From Lingula anatina (taxonomy: Eukaryota; Animalia; Brachiopoda), in NCBI GenBank assembly GCA_051362555.1, contig CM120641.1, positions 46,940,401 to 47,004,400 of the forward strand: DNA of 64,000 bases, given 5' to 3'. The translations under genes were made by a program, and so were the position numbers. Shown piece after piece: positions 24,801 to 36,550 of the stretch. Numbering within the stretch: the first letter of the stretch is position 1; each line of letters opens with the position of its first letter. Under the pieces are notes generated by a model. That model did not search any database. It was not told the DNA's origin and saw only the letters and a program-made list of their open reading frames with translations.

Positions 24801-27800
24801 TTTTAAAATGTGTGGCATTCGCTGTGCCGTTAGACAAAATTGTGTTTCCGGTAAAGTGCACCACAGAATCCTCCTGAAATCATGGACAGTTTGTAAATGT
24901 AAAACGATCGGTTTAAAGTTTGTGACACTATGTTAACGCATGATATTGATCGACTGCTTATTAAACAACAAAGTACTGTTTTCATGCTTGCAGAAGACTG
25001 AACGGTCGTTTTCCATGCGTTTACCTTATGTAATTGACCAGTATAAAACACTACTGTATGTAAAAGATACAAGCATTTGAAAATATATGCTTTTAATCAT
25101 ACTGAACCAGTGGCCAATGTCTGAAAACCTTTAAATACATCATTCAACAAACTGGGAAAGCAGTTTTTAAAAAAGCTCCGATATGACAACTCACCATCTG
25201 ACGAAGCAAGAGTAGTTCCTTTGTTCCAGCAAAACGAGAATTGCTGAAGGTAACGTTACAAGCAGAGCAGCTCACGTTAACAAAACTGTCCCCCCAAAAA
25301 TTTGACCGCTGTATATCTAGAACCAACGCCCCTGGGTTGTCACCAGAGGTTACCACGAGCCCACTTCCTGAAACCATATTTCGTAGCTCGCAATTGTCCA
25401 GTTTCACCGCCTGGGGGTAGGGACCTGTCACGATGTAGATACCGGCAAAACTACATGCCTCTACCGACGTGTTTTGAAAGCTCACACCAAGAAAGCTTTC
25501 AACTTTGACCCCAATTGTCGCACCGCTGATGGTCACGTGGTTAAAGTTCGGAATATCAGCACCTACAAAAGTATATAAGCATTTTCTTGTTTTGAAAATG
25601 AAAATGTACACTTTTTCTATACGCCATTTGTTAAAAAAAGTTATGCATTGAAAAATTACGAAAAAAATGAAAATGCATTTAGTACATGCACTAGTAATAT
25701 TTTAAAACATCAAACCTGACATTCGTTGCTATTCCGTCGCTTTGCAATACTCCCTTACCATGCTCATATTTAATTTACTTACTTGAGATTGTGCTCCTTT
25801 TTCGTCTTTCAGGTGGTACAGGTAAGTTCGGAAAATTTGGATCATCTGGGAAAACTGTAGGGGTTAAGGGAGGGCTCGGACCTGGTGGATAAAAATGTAC
25901 CAAATGTGAAAATGCTTAACTAAATTCAATCTAATATTCATGATTTTTATATTTACATTTTCCTGCTAATTGTCTTCATTTTTTAGGTCCGCCAATTCCC
26001 ATTTTCTGAGCACGAATAAATAAATAAAAATAATAATAATAAATGTGACCATCACCAACTGAGGAAGAAGGCAGTTATTCTTACTTTAAATACATACCAG
26101 TGAGCTCGGAGAGAAATACACTTCCCCATCTTGTCTCAAACGCTCTCAGTTGTATAACATCAGAGGCTGTTCCGTCGCAGATGAACACACCTGTAAATTG
26201 AAAGACACAATGGAAATTCTACTACATGTGCTCAAAATATGCTGCAATATGTATATGTTCAAGCAGGAATCGATATGCCAAAGGATTTGTCGCATAATGT
26301 CGTTCGTAAGGGCAATTAACAAAATAGCTAAAAGGGTAACTAGTTTAAATTGGTATATACCAGTAACTCTGCGGACAAATAAGCTTTTGTCTGATAAAGA
26401 TACAACTCACCATCTGCTACAATTCCTCTGTTGTCCATGAATGCTAAGATCGCACCAGGAGCAACGGTCAGACTGGTACCTTCTGGGACATAAATGGTAT
26501 ACAGCACCTTTATGTAGGACACAGTTCCATTCGGCAAAACGTCAGCATCAATAACAAGGTCGCCAGACACGGCTCCTCCTATACCATCAGGGCCACTGCT
26601 GTATGTCCTGTTTATTATGCCATGTGGACCATCCACCATTGTGGACACGTTTGTAAGAAGAAAAGGGGACAGATCAGCTACAGCAAGTTGACTGTTGGTG
26701 TAAAACTCTTCCACGCGGGAAGAGATATTGTGAGGATCTTCAGTTCCCCAGTAGTTATATTTCACGTCGTAAACTTCATCTCTGTTCCATAGCCTCCTGA
26801 AAACGATTTCCTTCGCAGCTTCAAAGTTTTGAAACACGTTTCTATTGATGGAGAAAACAGCTCGTTGTCCGAGAAGCAACGTTACAGTGGCCAAGTTATC
26901 AACAAATACGTTATCTTCAATGGCACCAGTTGCAGTACCCCCTCCTGTACTTGAGATCTCCAAAACGGCGTCACCAGAATTAAAGCTGAAAGTATTATCT
27001 TTTACCAAAAGCGATGAAGCGTACTGCCCAAAGGTAATAGAAACCTTGTTCATGGCGTTGATGAAAGTGTTAGACGTTAAATTTGTCTCTCCGCTTGACC
27101 CATATAATATTAAAGGGGCAGTGGTATTGAAAGTGTTGTTGTGAACAGAAAGGCGAGCCCTTATATCTCTGAATTCAATCCATTGCATATTAACTCCGCC
27201 TTTGATGTCATTGTCTGTTATATGGTAATCGCCACCGCTATAACGAGAATTGTCCCTGACACGAACGCTCTGTTGGCCTCCTATGATTTTGCTCCTCGTT
27301 ATTGAAAAATAAACGCTGCTAGAGCCGTAGGTAGTGCTGAAGTATATGCCCTGGTCGTAGCTGTACCCACGAGTTGAAATCACAGTGCTGTTATTGATGG
27401 TCACCACACAAGAGGTCATGCTTGGCATATACAAAATTGAACTGCTGTCAGACTGGAAGTAGCATCCGTCTATTCTGGCCGTTAGGTTTAACTCGGGGTT
27501 TGCTGAAGTGCGCTGGAGATAAAAACTCCTGCTGTTTTCAATAAACTGACTACCAGAGATTACAACGCTGTGTCCCCCACTATATTCAATACCGGCATCT
27601 CCACAGTTGACTATTCTGGAATCCACCACTGACAGCCGAATGGAGACGACGTTTATTCCGTCTCTGTAGCAATCCCTCACTGTAACATGGCGAATATTCA
27701 AAGATACTCCGTTTGTCAGAACCCTGATTCCGTATTCTGCGCCTTGTATCACCGCGTGACTGATGTTTATCTCGTTACATACTGAAAGAAAAAACACGTG

Positions 27801-30800
27801 TTTGGGGAAATTATACAGAAGGTCGTATATAATACCATTAAGCGTTGCGCTTATATTTGATTTGTGATCAGAAGTACACACACTGGACAAAAGAAGTGTC
27901 ACCCCTACTGAGCCAATACGATGGGGGAGATAAATGACTGTGGAATGATATGCTCCTTGTATCATTTTATTAACATCAAATTTCACGAAAATTCACAAAA
28001 TGAGAACAAAATATACATTCTACCAAAATATGCAGTTTTAAGTCCAAAATTATTACTTAGTGGCATAGCCACGTGACTTAATAATAGGTGCCAGTATACG
28101 AGGCAAGGATTCATATAATTGTCTGATGCGTTCAGGACTTATGCTGGCCCAAGAATGAAACACTGAATATAACAGAGTTTATCTGCTGGTTAGACGGGCA
28201 TTTGTAAAAAGTTTTGACATATCATTCCACAGATTTTCTATTATGTTTGCATCCGGACTCTGGGCAGGCCACATCACCCTGCGAATGTCCTGTGGTTCAA
28301 ACCAATCATCAACTGCTCTGGGCCTGTGACAAGGAGCGTTGTCATCCTGGTGAACAAACGGATAATTCCTGTCACCAAACATATTAGTAATAGATGGTAG
28401 CAAGCCTGACTCCAAAACATCGATATATTTCTAGTGATTCATGTTTCTATCAACCACTATCAATTCGCCCAAGCCATGGTTGCTGATGCAGCCCCACACC
28501 ATGATGAATATGCTGCTCAGGGTTCGAAAATTCAGTGCATGTAGTTCAAATGCTTTACCAGCAGTTTGCCAGCATCAAACCCGTCTGTCATCAGAAGTCA
28601 GACCAAAGCGACACTCATCAGAAAAAATATATAGGACCAATTGTCATGGAGTGTCCAGTTCCAGATTCTGTTGACCCTAGTTCACTCTACGTTGTCTGTT
28701 TTGTAACGATTTAAGAGGTTTCAGGCTTGCTACCCTGCTGTACACTCTATGAGCATGTAACCGACGCCTAGCAATTTTCACAGACACATTCTTATGTGTG
28801 AAATTGTTCCACTGTGTTGTCAACTGACAAGCAATGTCGAACTTTGACAACCTAGGCATCAAAATCAGTCGTCGGTCTTCACGGCCAGTAGTTTTTCTTG
28901 GAAGACCCATTAGAGGCAATTTGTCTCTTGATCCAGTGTTTTTATACCGAGACCAGACCATCTGCACGGTTCTGACTGAACAATTCAATTGTATCGATAT
29001 TCTGACATTGCTTATATTCCGCCTCTTCAGGTTAATAACTTGCACCTATAACCGTTAGATAATTGCCTGTATCTTGCCATATTGGAGGAAGACAGGAATG
29101 ACATTTGCTGTACATGTACAAGACTAACAATACAATTCCATGGTATAGCGGTTTTATACTCATTAGTCACATTATAAGTAGACCAGGGATCATAAGTGCC
29201 CCAGATCTGCCTACTTTTCTTACTCTGAGTTAGGGGGTGACACTTCTTTTGTCCAGTGTGTGTAGTTTGCAACGGCGACTTTTACAACGCCAGACTGAAT
29301 GCTAAATATGAAATGTTTAACAACAGGTGGTTCTTACTCTGCTGAAGCCACTGTGACTTAATTTCTGAATACGTAGAAACCATTGTTTCACACACACACA
29401 ATGCCTTTTGTAGGCTTATTCTTACTTGAACGCACAACACTTCTCTAACTCCATCTAACCCGTTTAAACACTAACTCACGTTGTACGGAGAATTTCAGAC
29501 CCCTCCAATGTACGTCACGCCTTCCAAGAATCTTTCTGATGTCACTGCTAACGAACCGTATTCCTAAACCTTGAAGTCCAACAGCTCCGAAACACCCTGC
29601 AAAATCAACGCGGATATTAAATTCAAAGTAATCTATACGGTTTTGATAACGTCCCAAAACCATATTTTCTTTGAATATACTTCTATTTAATTTCTGTATT
29701 TCCTTCTGAAATTTACAGGAAGAAAGAAATTAAGGTTTTAACTTCTAGCTAGAAATTAAGGATTGCAAAGTATTTGATAGGACACGGTATTAAACACGTC
29801 ATGCAAGTACAAGGATGGGTAAAACAATGATTTTCGAGAATTTGATTTGGCGCGAAACTCCGGGGTAGGATACCTTTAGTGTTAACGGAACACAATAAAT
29901 CATACGATTTCATTATGACTTATATCATCATTTCCGTCTTCATTTAAAATCATGTTCATTTCAATGCGTGGCATTGTCAGTATTATGCTTCGCAACACAA
30001 TGAAAGCTGATAGCTAAAAGTAATAATACATCATTAAAACATCAACTGCAACTGTGGGGGAGCATTTCGAGTTAGGTTGGCAGCGTGCCCTGTGACCAAA
30101 CGAAACTGAACGCCTGTGTTAATCGTCGGGCAAAAAAGCCTCACACGTATTACTTTAAGTTCTGCCAGACACTCTCTTAGCGTATTAATCCAATCATGCT
30201 ACCTTCAATCGTCAAACCAGCTGATGTAGAATTGAATACCACATCCACCCCAGGTTCAATTGTAAGGGACCCACTTGACGTCACGGTGATTTCACTATTC
30301 AAGACGAACGGACTCCGCGAAGGAACCCAGGTGGTGGGCGTCTGAAATACGTCGAATGTACACATTAAAATAAAGTCCTTAAAGTCGTGATGAATGGTGG
30401 ATTAACCTGAAAAAATCTGAGGAAATACTAGTCGTTAGAACTATTTGAGCTGTTGAGAAAGATCATTTTCAGTTTGTATCACAGCAGCTAGGAAAGGTTG
30501 TTTCGAGGGATTATCTAGTCTTTTAGATGCGTTTAGATATAAAAGATCACAATATTCAATTTTAATCACGGTTACTCCGTGGAAAAATATTTTATCTAAA
30601 AATATCGTATGAAGACAATGGGGATTAATTGTCAGAGCAGATATTTTCTTTAAGTTGTATTTGAATTCTAGGAATAATAAAGGTTACAGGTACATTTACC
30701 TCTACATTGGAGTTTACTACGGTGTAGTTTTGTATTGAGGCACTAGAATCAATACATCCGTATAACTCAAACCGCAGTGCTGGGGCATTCTGCCAACTCG

Positions 30801-33135
30801 TTGCTGCAATTGCCACGTACCTCGTCTGAAATAAGAGCACAAACAAATCCGTCATCACAAGCACTTATCTGACTGGTGCTTGCTTATATACAGCGAGAAA
30901 AATATTACAAAAAGAGACTTAGAAGTAAAAAAAGAAAACATTAAAATGAGATAGCAAAATATTATGAACGGCAAAAGATGGTTTCATATATATGAGCGGC
31001 AAAACTCAACACCAGAAAAAGATTGGCCCTACCTATCTATAAATCCTCTAACACAATCATAGTAAAAAGCGCGCCAAGATTAATCAACATTCTGCCCACG
31101 TGCTTGCCACCAAATAAGACAGCATTGTAAAATATACACCTCTAATCAAATAGTGAAATGAATCGGTAAACTTGTAAAGAAATATCGACGAAATAATAAA
31201 AGTATGTAAAAAAGAAAACAGTTGTAGAGGTCCCTGGATCACCAGAAGCTACGTTTGTTATCACTTTATTTCGAATACGATCAGTTTATACTGGTGGTCT
31301 TTGGTCACTATATTGTGCCAATAATGATATTTTATTTTTTTGTACATTTTCTATTATTCACACAAAATTTTCTTTTGCGTGTTTTTGAAAAGGCTACATT
31401 TAAATGTGTGGCAAGAATAATTGAAGAATACAGGAATGTATAAGGTCGCGTTTGTGCGCTGGCCTGTAGCTTTACTGGTACAAGAATAGTACAAAGGAAA
31501 AAATGCTGAACGCAGTTAGACTGTGTACTTCATAAAAGAGGTTCAAAAGACACATAAAATATGTCAAATGAATAATAGGGAAAGCCAGCAAAACGATGAT
31601 AAATGCTTTAAAAATATTGTGCAAAAAAGACGACAGACTTTCGACGCGTTTCGGGGACACGCTCTGATATCAGGGGTCCTTAAAATAGTATTGAAAATAG
31701 GCTTATGCCCCTGCGGGGTATTTCATGGTCTTGTTTGCAGTCTTAACCAGTTTTGGCATACGATGTTTGGCGATTCTTATAAAATATTAAGGCACCCCGT
31801 TAAATGTAGCATTGTCGATGTTTTTTACATGTATATTTTTGACACGCTCTTGGAATGGGCAAATGCAACTAACGATTTTAAATAGTAAGAAGTTAAATAA
31901 TCGATCAAATGTGATGCTAATGTTATTTGCATTGGCCTGCTGCAGCGTCATAAATGATAGAATGTTTCAATTTACTCGTTTGAATGTCTCGTTAGGTTGT
32001 CCGTCGCAAGTATGCGCGTCATTTTGTCAGTCATTACATCAATATAAATAGTGAGATGGTAAAAAATTGGATTAGAAAGTTTAAATATATTTGTATAACG
32101 TGGCATATTATCGTTAGATATTATTTTATGGAATAACGGCGAAGTTATACTTTCATAAAGCACTCACTACGTCTGGCAAAGTAATTAATAGTTCAAGGTG
32201 AGATTGATAATTGCAATAGGTGCTTGTTGTGTTGGGTGCGACAATTGATTAGGAGCGACTGATTGTTAGCACTGAATGCAATCTGCGGTCACCTCACCGA
32301 TATCGTCTTCTCCAGCGTATTTGTGACAATAGCGTATCGGTCTTGGGAAGACACGCCAGAAAAGATCTTGTCCTCTCCCTCCACTCGCTGGTGAATTCTC
32401 CATGTCAGTTTGTCGTTGCTGTAGAGCAATTTAAACCCCTTCACATAGTAGCTTCCCCATCGACCACCTCCGTTTTGAACAGCTATACCAGTGATGATGT
32501 GAGGCACGAGCAGGTCAACTTGGATGTACTCGTAGGAATACGAGCAGCAACTAGGCAGCCAAGCACCGCTGTAACCTAAAGCCCATACATAAAACAGTAT
32601 ATAATAAAAAAAAGTTGAAAATCGGACCCATATTGTTTTATAATCACCCCCCCCCCTTAAACCGTATTAAGGTAGAAACAGATTCCCAACGTCATTTCTA
32701 CATAAAAATGGTCTCTTTAGGTATTTTAGATAGATAATACTGGTAAATGTACCAGTACAAGATTACCTGAGGCTGTGTTATTTAATCTTGCCATTTGAGG
32801 GGTGGAAGAACTGTATCTGATACTGGAGGCTGTCAATTGCTCGTCACTTATTCGTCCGTCTTCCATTCCAAGTGCAGCGCCACCTCCCGGACAGGCTGAA
32901 AACACAATCACATCTGCACATCTCTTACAGTCCATAAGGTCTGGGTGGAAATTTCGCTTAGACATGAACACGGACTACGGTTCCTGGCGGACTTCCTGTT
33001 ACACCGGAAATGGCTATAAGGACTGGTTTCGGTAATTTTCTATATCTAAATTTGAGTGTATACATACAAGAAAAAACACAATATTTCCCATTGATTCACA
33101 ACAACAGAAATGCATAAACTGCGGGAGCCTTTTTT

Positions 33136-33184
<49 letters not shown>

Positions 33185-35694
33185 TTCACCCAAGCAATGC
33201 TCGACCAGCTCTTCTCAACAGAAATATCTTCGGACAGAATGACGCATTTAATCGTACGAGTGGATGCTTTTGAAAATTCTTTAATTTGTATATGGAAACC
33301 ATTGGTTCTTGAAAAAAGTTATTCCATGCCCTCATAAGTTAAAAAGACTGGAAAAAGTGGATATGAAAAGATTTCCCGCCCTCTTCCCTCGCTTATCACG
33401 TGCCCGAATGGCGGATGGAGAGCACCTCTCCTTCTGTAAGTCCCATTCTATCTTAAATCTTGACGCCCACATATCATATACCAGTGTGCTACGCACCTTA
33501 AAATGATGACAGGTTATAACAAAAGGAATCCTGTTAAGTGTTCAGGTATGCGTTATCAACATCCTAGACTTGAGGGACGGACGTTTCAAAGTTAAGGATC
33601 TAAAAATTTCCGTAAAGCCTACCAATTCTTTTAATTCGTGCAAAAAGTATGGCGGAAATATGAAGATAGGAAATCATCAAAATCCAGTTCACACACACAA
33701 ACTGCCGCTTGAGTGTGAGATTGTCTTTTTGTAAGGTCAGGCGGAACATTTAAACAACATGCTTGTTCTCCTACCTTGCAATTTTTTTTATTACAGTAAC
33801 TTAAGATTTAATGTGCGACTTGCAGACGCCTTTCCCCCTGTATGTCTCATGTTAATAAATCCCGCCCCCTGTGTTGTACTCACACGTACATGTAAGCCAC
33901 AGGGTGGCGACACTGGGTTTCTACCGTGTCACGTGAAGACGGTGGCCCTGTTACTGGGACGGATGTGTGAATCAGCAATACATATGTCCTGTTCTCTATA
34001 ATTTATCTGTAAATCTTTTTAATATACGTACTTTATGTAAAATTTTGAATGACTCAACAAAATACCCCGTTCTCTACCCTCCACGAGAATTACCGAGATA
34101 TTCACTAGGTATATACAGGAATTCTCCTGGTCAATTCTCTACATATTCTTGCCCAGCGAGATTTTTAAAAACAATGTTTCGTTATAAATCAATAACCCTA
34201 AATGCGTTTTAAAGACGAAGGAAACTCTCAACCCAGATCCCGCAATATCTTGACAAGCAGCAAGGTTCTTAAAATAACTATGAATCTCTTCAAAATATTT
34301 CTACCAAAATATTGAACAGCTGTTCAATTTTCAATTATTCTTTCGAGCAATTATAAACAGTTTAAATTTTAATTACCGAGCATACTTCTTAAGTAGGTTA
34401 TAAACAAACAAAAAAAAAAAAACAACAAAAAAAAACAACAAATAAATAAATAAATAAATAAATAAACTTTCCGTGAACTTTCTTCATCTCTAATTACTTA
34501 TAATTATTTAGGCGACGGTGGTGACATGGCCCCTCTGACGTTTTGCCATGGGGATGGACGAAAAGTGCCCATAAATCGTTGTTACACTGTATGGCCGCCA
34601 GTCAAGGGGGAAAAGCGGATCATGTGTTTAAAGCTAATAGATTCTATATGACGGGCTAAGATGGCTGACATCTGTTATAAAAGCAAAAAAAAAAAAAAAA
34701 AAAATTAATCATCGACACTGAAGAAGCGGTGGTCCCTTTGTACAACAGAAAGTTAATGTACCATCTTATTGCGTAACATACCCGGAACCAAAAACAGACA
34801 GCAAGACAAACTACCCCCTGAGGTGGAAAGGGGGGAGATCTACAATGGCAGACAGAGGGGTAGGGCTCCGGTAGCTTTGGGGAAAAATCTTATGAGATCA
34901 ACATGACAAAAAAGTAACATAAATCAAGTTTTTCCATCCCTGTGGCCTACATATTACAGTCAATAACTCGCCTATAGATACGTGCACTTGCAACTTCGCC
35001 TGCTCCTTGCCCGACCCCCCCCCCCCCCCCCGGGCCACTGGCAATACCCTGGATCCTCCAGCCTGTGCCGTTTATAGTAGGACACTGAAAAAGCGCATGT
35101 AGAACAGCGGACTAATAGATCCGCGGATCAAATATGGCGACCCCAAAAGTGTGCCGCTTATATTACTGATTAAACATTAAATATATTCCCTGCTGGGATG
35201 ACGCAACAAGCATCCAAGTGGGTAGGACATATTTGATAGGCAGATCTGCAAGTCCACATTTTTGAATGCGACATAAGACTGCATTTGGGGAAAGCCACAA
35301 TCTGCGAGAGACTCATTAACTGCATGTCGTTATTATAAGGCAGCTTTCACAGTTTATGTAAATACTGTGCTGTCAATTTTCAGTTTATTGACTGACGAGG
35401 TGTCGCCTATAAAAACTGAATAACTAATGCGTAGAATATGTACATAAGAATATACATGTATACTGGCCGTTAGCTAATGGTTATAAAAAAATATTGAGGG
35501 GAGAAACAAATTAAATGTGTCATCAATTTAGATAGTCAACGGGTTTATATGATTTATTCTATTTTTCCAATTAAGACAGCATTCTTCAGAATGAAAAAAT
35601 TTCCATTGAACTTACTGGTTTCCTCACTAGTTGCGCCATAGACGTGCGTTAACACCAAGGTAAGCACGAGGCTTGCGGCACATTTCTGCCTCAT
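29..35694 (-). CDS. Gene A: giant secreted/cell-surface adhesion-like protein (signal peptide, F5/8C, 4x beta-helix repeats + SRCR, EGF, IPT, Ig-like, bacterial-like module, cadherins); 3' end lies beyond the left edge
   Basis: 48 exons with canonical GT-AG ends and continuous phase (13,387 nt): 35616-35694, 32767-32895, 32298-32575, 30700-30825, 30203-30341, 29480-29596, 26411-27781, 26098-26190, 25783-25881, 25195-25562, 24042-24873, 23640-23738, 22918-23098, 22274-22608, 20914-21593, 20262-20584, 19631-19837, 18710-18792, 18169-18261, 16574-17963, 16223-16341, 15647-15839, 15139-15271, 14675-14890, 13892-14196, 13565-13679, 12851-13027, 12503-12635, 12105-12271, 11727-11980, 11167-11324, 10744-10891, 10021-10264, 9675-9814, 8574-8710, 8192-8296, 7532-7685, 6871-7047, 6366-6648, 5805-5870, 5339-5522, 4971-5105, 4471-4614, 3844-4149, 3420-3643, 1325-2915, 820-1046, 29-158. 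Confidence 0.85.
820..1046 (-). CDS. Gene A exon, cadherin repeat
   Basis: Part of ORF 733..1068 (FGINSESGVIRVLRPLD...SDG...NVYPPVF) bounded by splice sites. Confidence 0.85.
1325..2915 (-). CDS. Gene A large exon, 4-5 tandem cadherin repeats
   Basis: Canonical Ca-binding motifs LDRE/LDFE, DVNDNAP/DVNDNPP, AxDxG in ORF 1254..2780; the frame extends upstream to an acceptor at 2916. Confidence 0.93.
3420..12271 (-). CDS. Gene A multi-exon module resembling a conserved block of giant bacterial surface proteins (includes a carboxypeptidase-regulatory-like/Ig fold and a Cys-rich cassette)
   Basis: 17 short in-phase exons encoding AEDEYTYFADDRPYLANATVTL, FTTQVPIPVVTLEP, NHGLIRA, GVCAKVRIQIVQELVLTRDAFEAKLEIENG, YFLEKYVQGDDPFT, VEPSVPFSLGVLVINEGYG, SAQPEIIENEKGLLITFEIIG. 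The family assignment is from recall. Confidence 0.7.
5990..6062. repeat. Compound (GT)n-(GGT)n-poly(G) tract
   Basis: Direct reading. Confidence 0.9.
9267..9343. repeat. Minisatellite, ~3 copies of 27-28-bp AGATATCCAGTAACAATTTTAAAGGCC
   Basis: Direct reading. Confidence 0.85.
9433..9657. repeat. Degenerate long inverted repeat (old MITE-like hairpin)
   Basis: GGATTGATCTATCT..GGGGATTCTCGCTAAATTGCT pairs with AGCAATTTAGCGAGAAACCCC..AGATGGATCGATCC; inner TATTGAAGCTGCTA / TAGCAGCTTTAATA. Confidence 0.65.
13892..16341 (-). CDS. Gene A exons: laminin/tenascin-type EGF repeats, IPT/TIG domain, EGF, putative Ig domain
   Basis: CRCFPQYQGTSC, CTCNGPNFTGELCDRC, LAPNGGPDVGGTVVHVFGHNF..CRFG..VTCVAP (IPT), GICSYGECVCHRPWSGDNC, PDGMTLDS..VSASNDVGSD. 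Confidence 0.8.
16574..17963 (-). CDS. Gene A exon: parallel beta-helix (PbH1) repeat 4 followed by tenascin-like EGF repeats
   Basis: ORF 16498..18087: N-rich IxxNxFxxN ladders, DATHNWWG, CSGNGLC..CECDVGWKGADC repeats. Confidence 0.9.
18794..18862. repeat. (TAA)n microsatellite plus short 16-bp repeats abutting a splice acceptor
   Basis: Direct reading. Confidence 0.85.
19204..19539. mobile_element. Non-autonomous MITE with TTAA target duplication (Kolobok-like AGG...CCT termini)
   Basis: 19-bp perfect TIR AGGGATAATAACTCTTCGT / ACGAAGAGTTATTATCCCT flanked by TTAA at 19200-19203 and 19540-19543. Confidence 0.8.
20914..21593 (-). CDS. Gene A exon: parallel beta-helix region
   Basis: ORF 20893..21564 with PbH1-type ladders; splice sites in phase. 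Confidence 0.85.
22274..23098 (-). CDS. Gene A SRCR domain (two exons, 22918-23098 and 22274-22608) with a Cys-rich insertion
   Basis: [44 protein letters not shown]..AGVVC. Confidence 0.88.
24042..24873 (-). CDS. Gene A exon: end of beta-helix repeat 2 and start of repeat 3
   Basis: ORF 23962..24864: INAKYNWWG..VVERIYDY..PYL, then IGG..NPYEVVRDILVPEDAVLTIDPGTTLRF (Bark-like). Confidence 0.88.
26411..27781 (-). CDS. Gene A exon: beta-helix repeat 1 and start of repeat 2
   Basis: Internal part of ORF 26340..27986 between acceptor 27782 and donor 26410; YNYWG motif and PbH1 ladders. Confidence 0.9.
27877..29262 (-). mobile_element. Tc1-family (DD34E) DNA transposon, both ends intact, transposase pseudogenised; in an intron of gene A
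   Basis: Perfect 29-bp TIRs (CACACACTGGACAAAAGAAGTGTCACCCC at 27877-27905, reverse complement at 29234-29262) and TA target duplications. Transposase fragments: HTH/GLPRKTT, FSDEC.F, MVWGCIS, QDDNAPCH...WPAQSPDANIIE (34 residues between D and E), with frameshifts and stops. Confidence 0.93.
30700..32895 (-). CDS. Gene A F5/8 type C (discoidin) domain, three exons
   Basis: C..ALGMEDGRISDEQLTASS..ARLN..AW..YIQVDL..ITGIAVQ..YVKGFKLLYSND..W..TRYV..W..ALRFELYGC. Confidence 0.92.
33137..33181. repeat. Poly(A) tract, ~45 nt
   Basis: Direct reading. Confidence 0.9.
35616..35694 (-). CDS. Gene A first coding exon, signal peptide MRQKCAASLVLTLVLTHVYG|ATSEET
   Basis: GCCATGA context, basic-hydrophobic-small signal pattern, GTAAG donor in phase 1 matching the discoidin exon. 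An upstream acceptor at ~35761 and a donor at ~35998 suggest a non-coding first exon. Confidence 0.75.
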
Positions 35695-36550
35695 GGCCTG
35701 CGTGCGCGTCCTTCAGAAGACCCTTTATTATATGCTGTTTGTGGCTGTAAAACTTGTTTCCTGAAAATGCATATAAAAGTGTATTGCACAGCCCGTGCTC
35801 TCTTAAATCAAATGCTTAATGATTTAATGAAGGTCACTCTTTCCGTAGCTGTACTTAAATATAAATTTAAATTTTGATAAGCATGTAAATATTATTTTAT
35901 ATTAAAACATTATCAGATGCAGTTCTTCCCTTATCCTATCTTTCCCAAACGCACATTCCCACTACATACACGCACCTACAAGCACGCACTTCAGCCTACC
36001 TGGTTGAACTACTCTAGAGTGAAGTGGTAAGTGTTTGTCACGGTTCTAGTTTATCATTATTTCCACCAGACATCCGGGACCGGACTCGGACACCTGTTTG
36101 GAGGTTAACCATAAATCAAAACAAACACTGATGATGGTGATGATGGTGTTTAAATAACCATGAACGGTGTCAAATCCTTTTTTTATTTTATACTTTTAGC
36201 AAAGTCATTTAAAAAAGGCATGCAAGGCAGCTTGCCGTGCATACTGTCCAAATGGTGTGGGTTCCAGGTCAAGTGTACGAATAAGACACATTATTTATTT
36301 ATATAATGTTTATCTAAGGAAGTTTAACTTATGTGAAATAAAAAAGTGATATCGATTTATATATAAACTACAGTGTTTAATCTACTTCTATCTGTCATAT
36401 TGGAAGATTCAAAGCTCCTTTGTGAAAACGGCAACACGGCAACATGAAGAGGAACGGGATATTTCTCATAGGTTTGCACGTGATCAGGTTAAACAGGCAT
36501 GATAGAGACAGCCGAGCATCACCACCCTTTCAAAAATATAAACGTGAACA

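Noticed and set aside
27782-27986. N-terminal 68 aa of ORF 26340..27986 as a protein start
   Set aside because: It reads through the Tc1 TIR and intron sequence; a strong acceptor at 27782 fits the phase of exon 29480-29596.
33110-33337. Poly-Lys ORF (likewise poly-Phe/Lys ORFs at 57886-58269)
   Set aside because: Artefacts of poly(A) tracts.
35722-35733. TATA-like TATAATAAA ~30 nt upstream of the gene A ATG
   Set aside because: It would put the start site almost on the ATG, and an acceptor at ~35761 suggests this is spliced 5' UTR; the promoter cannot be located from sequence alone.
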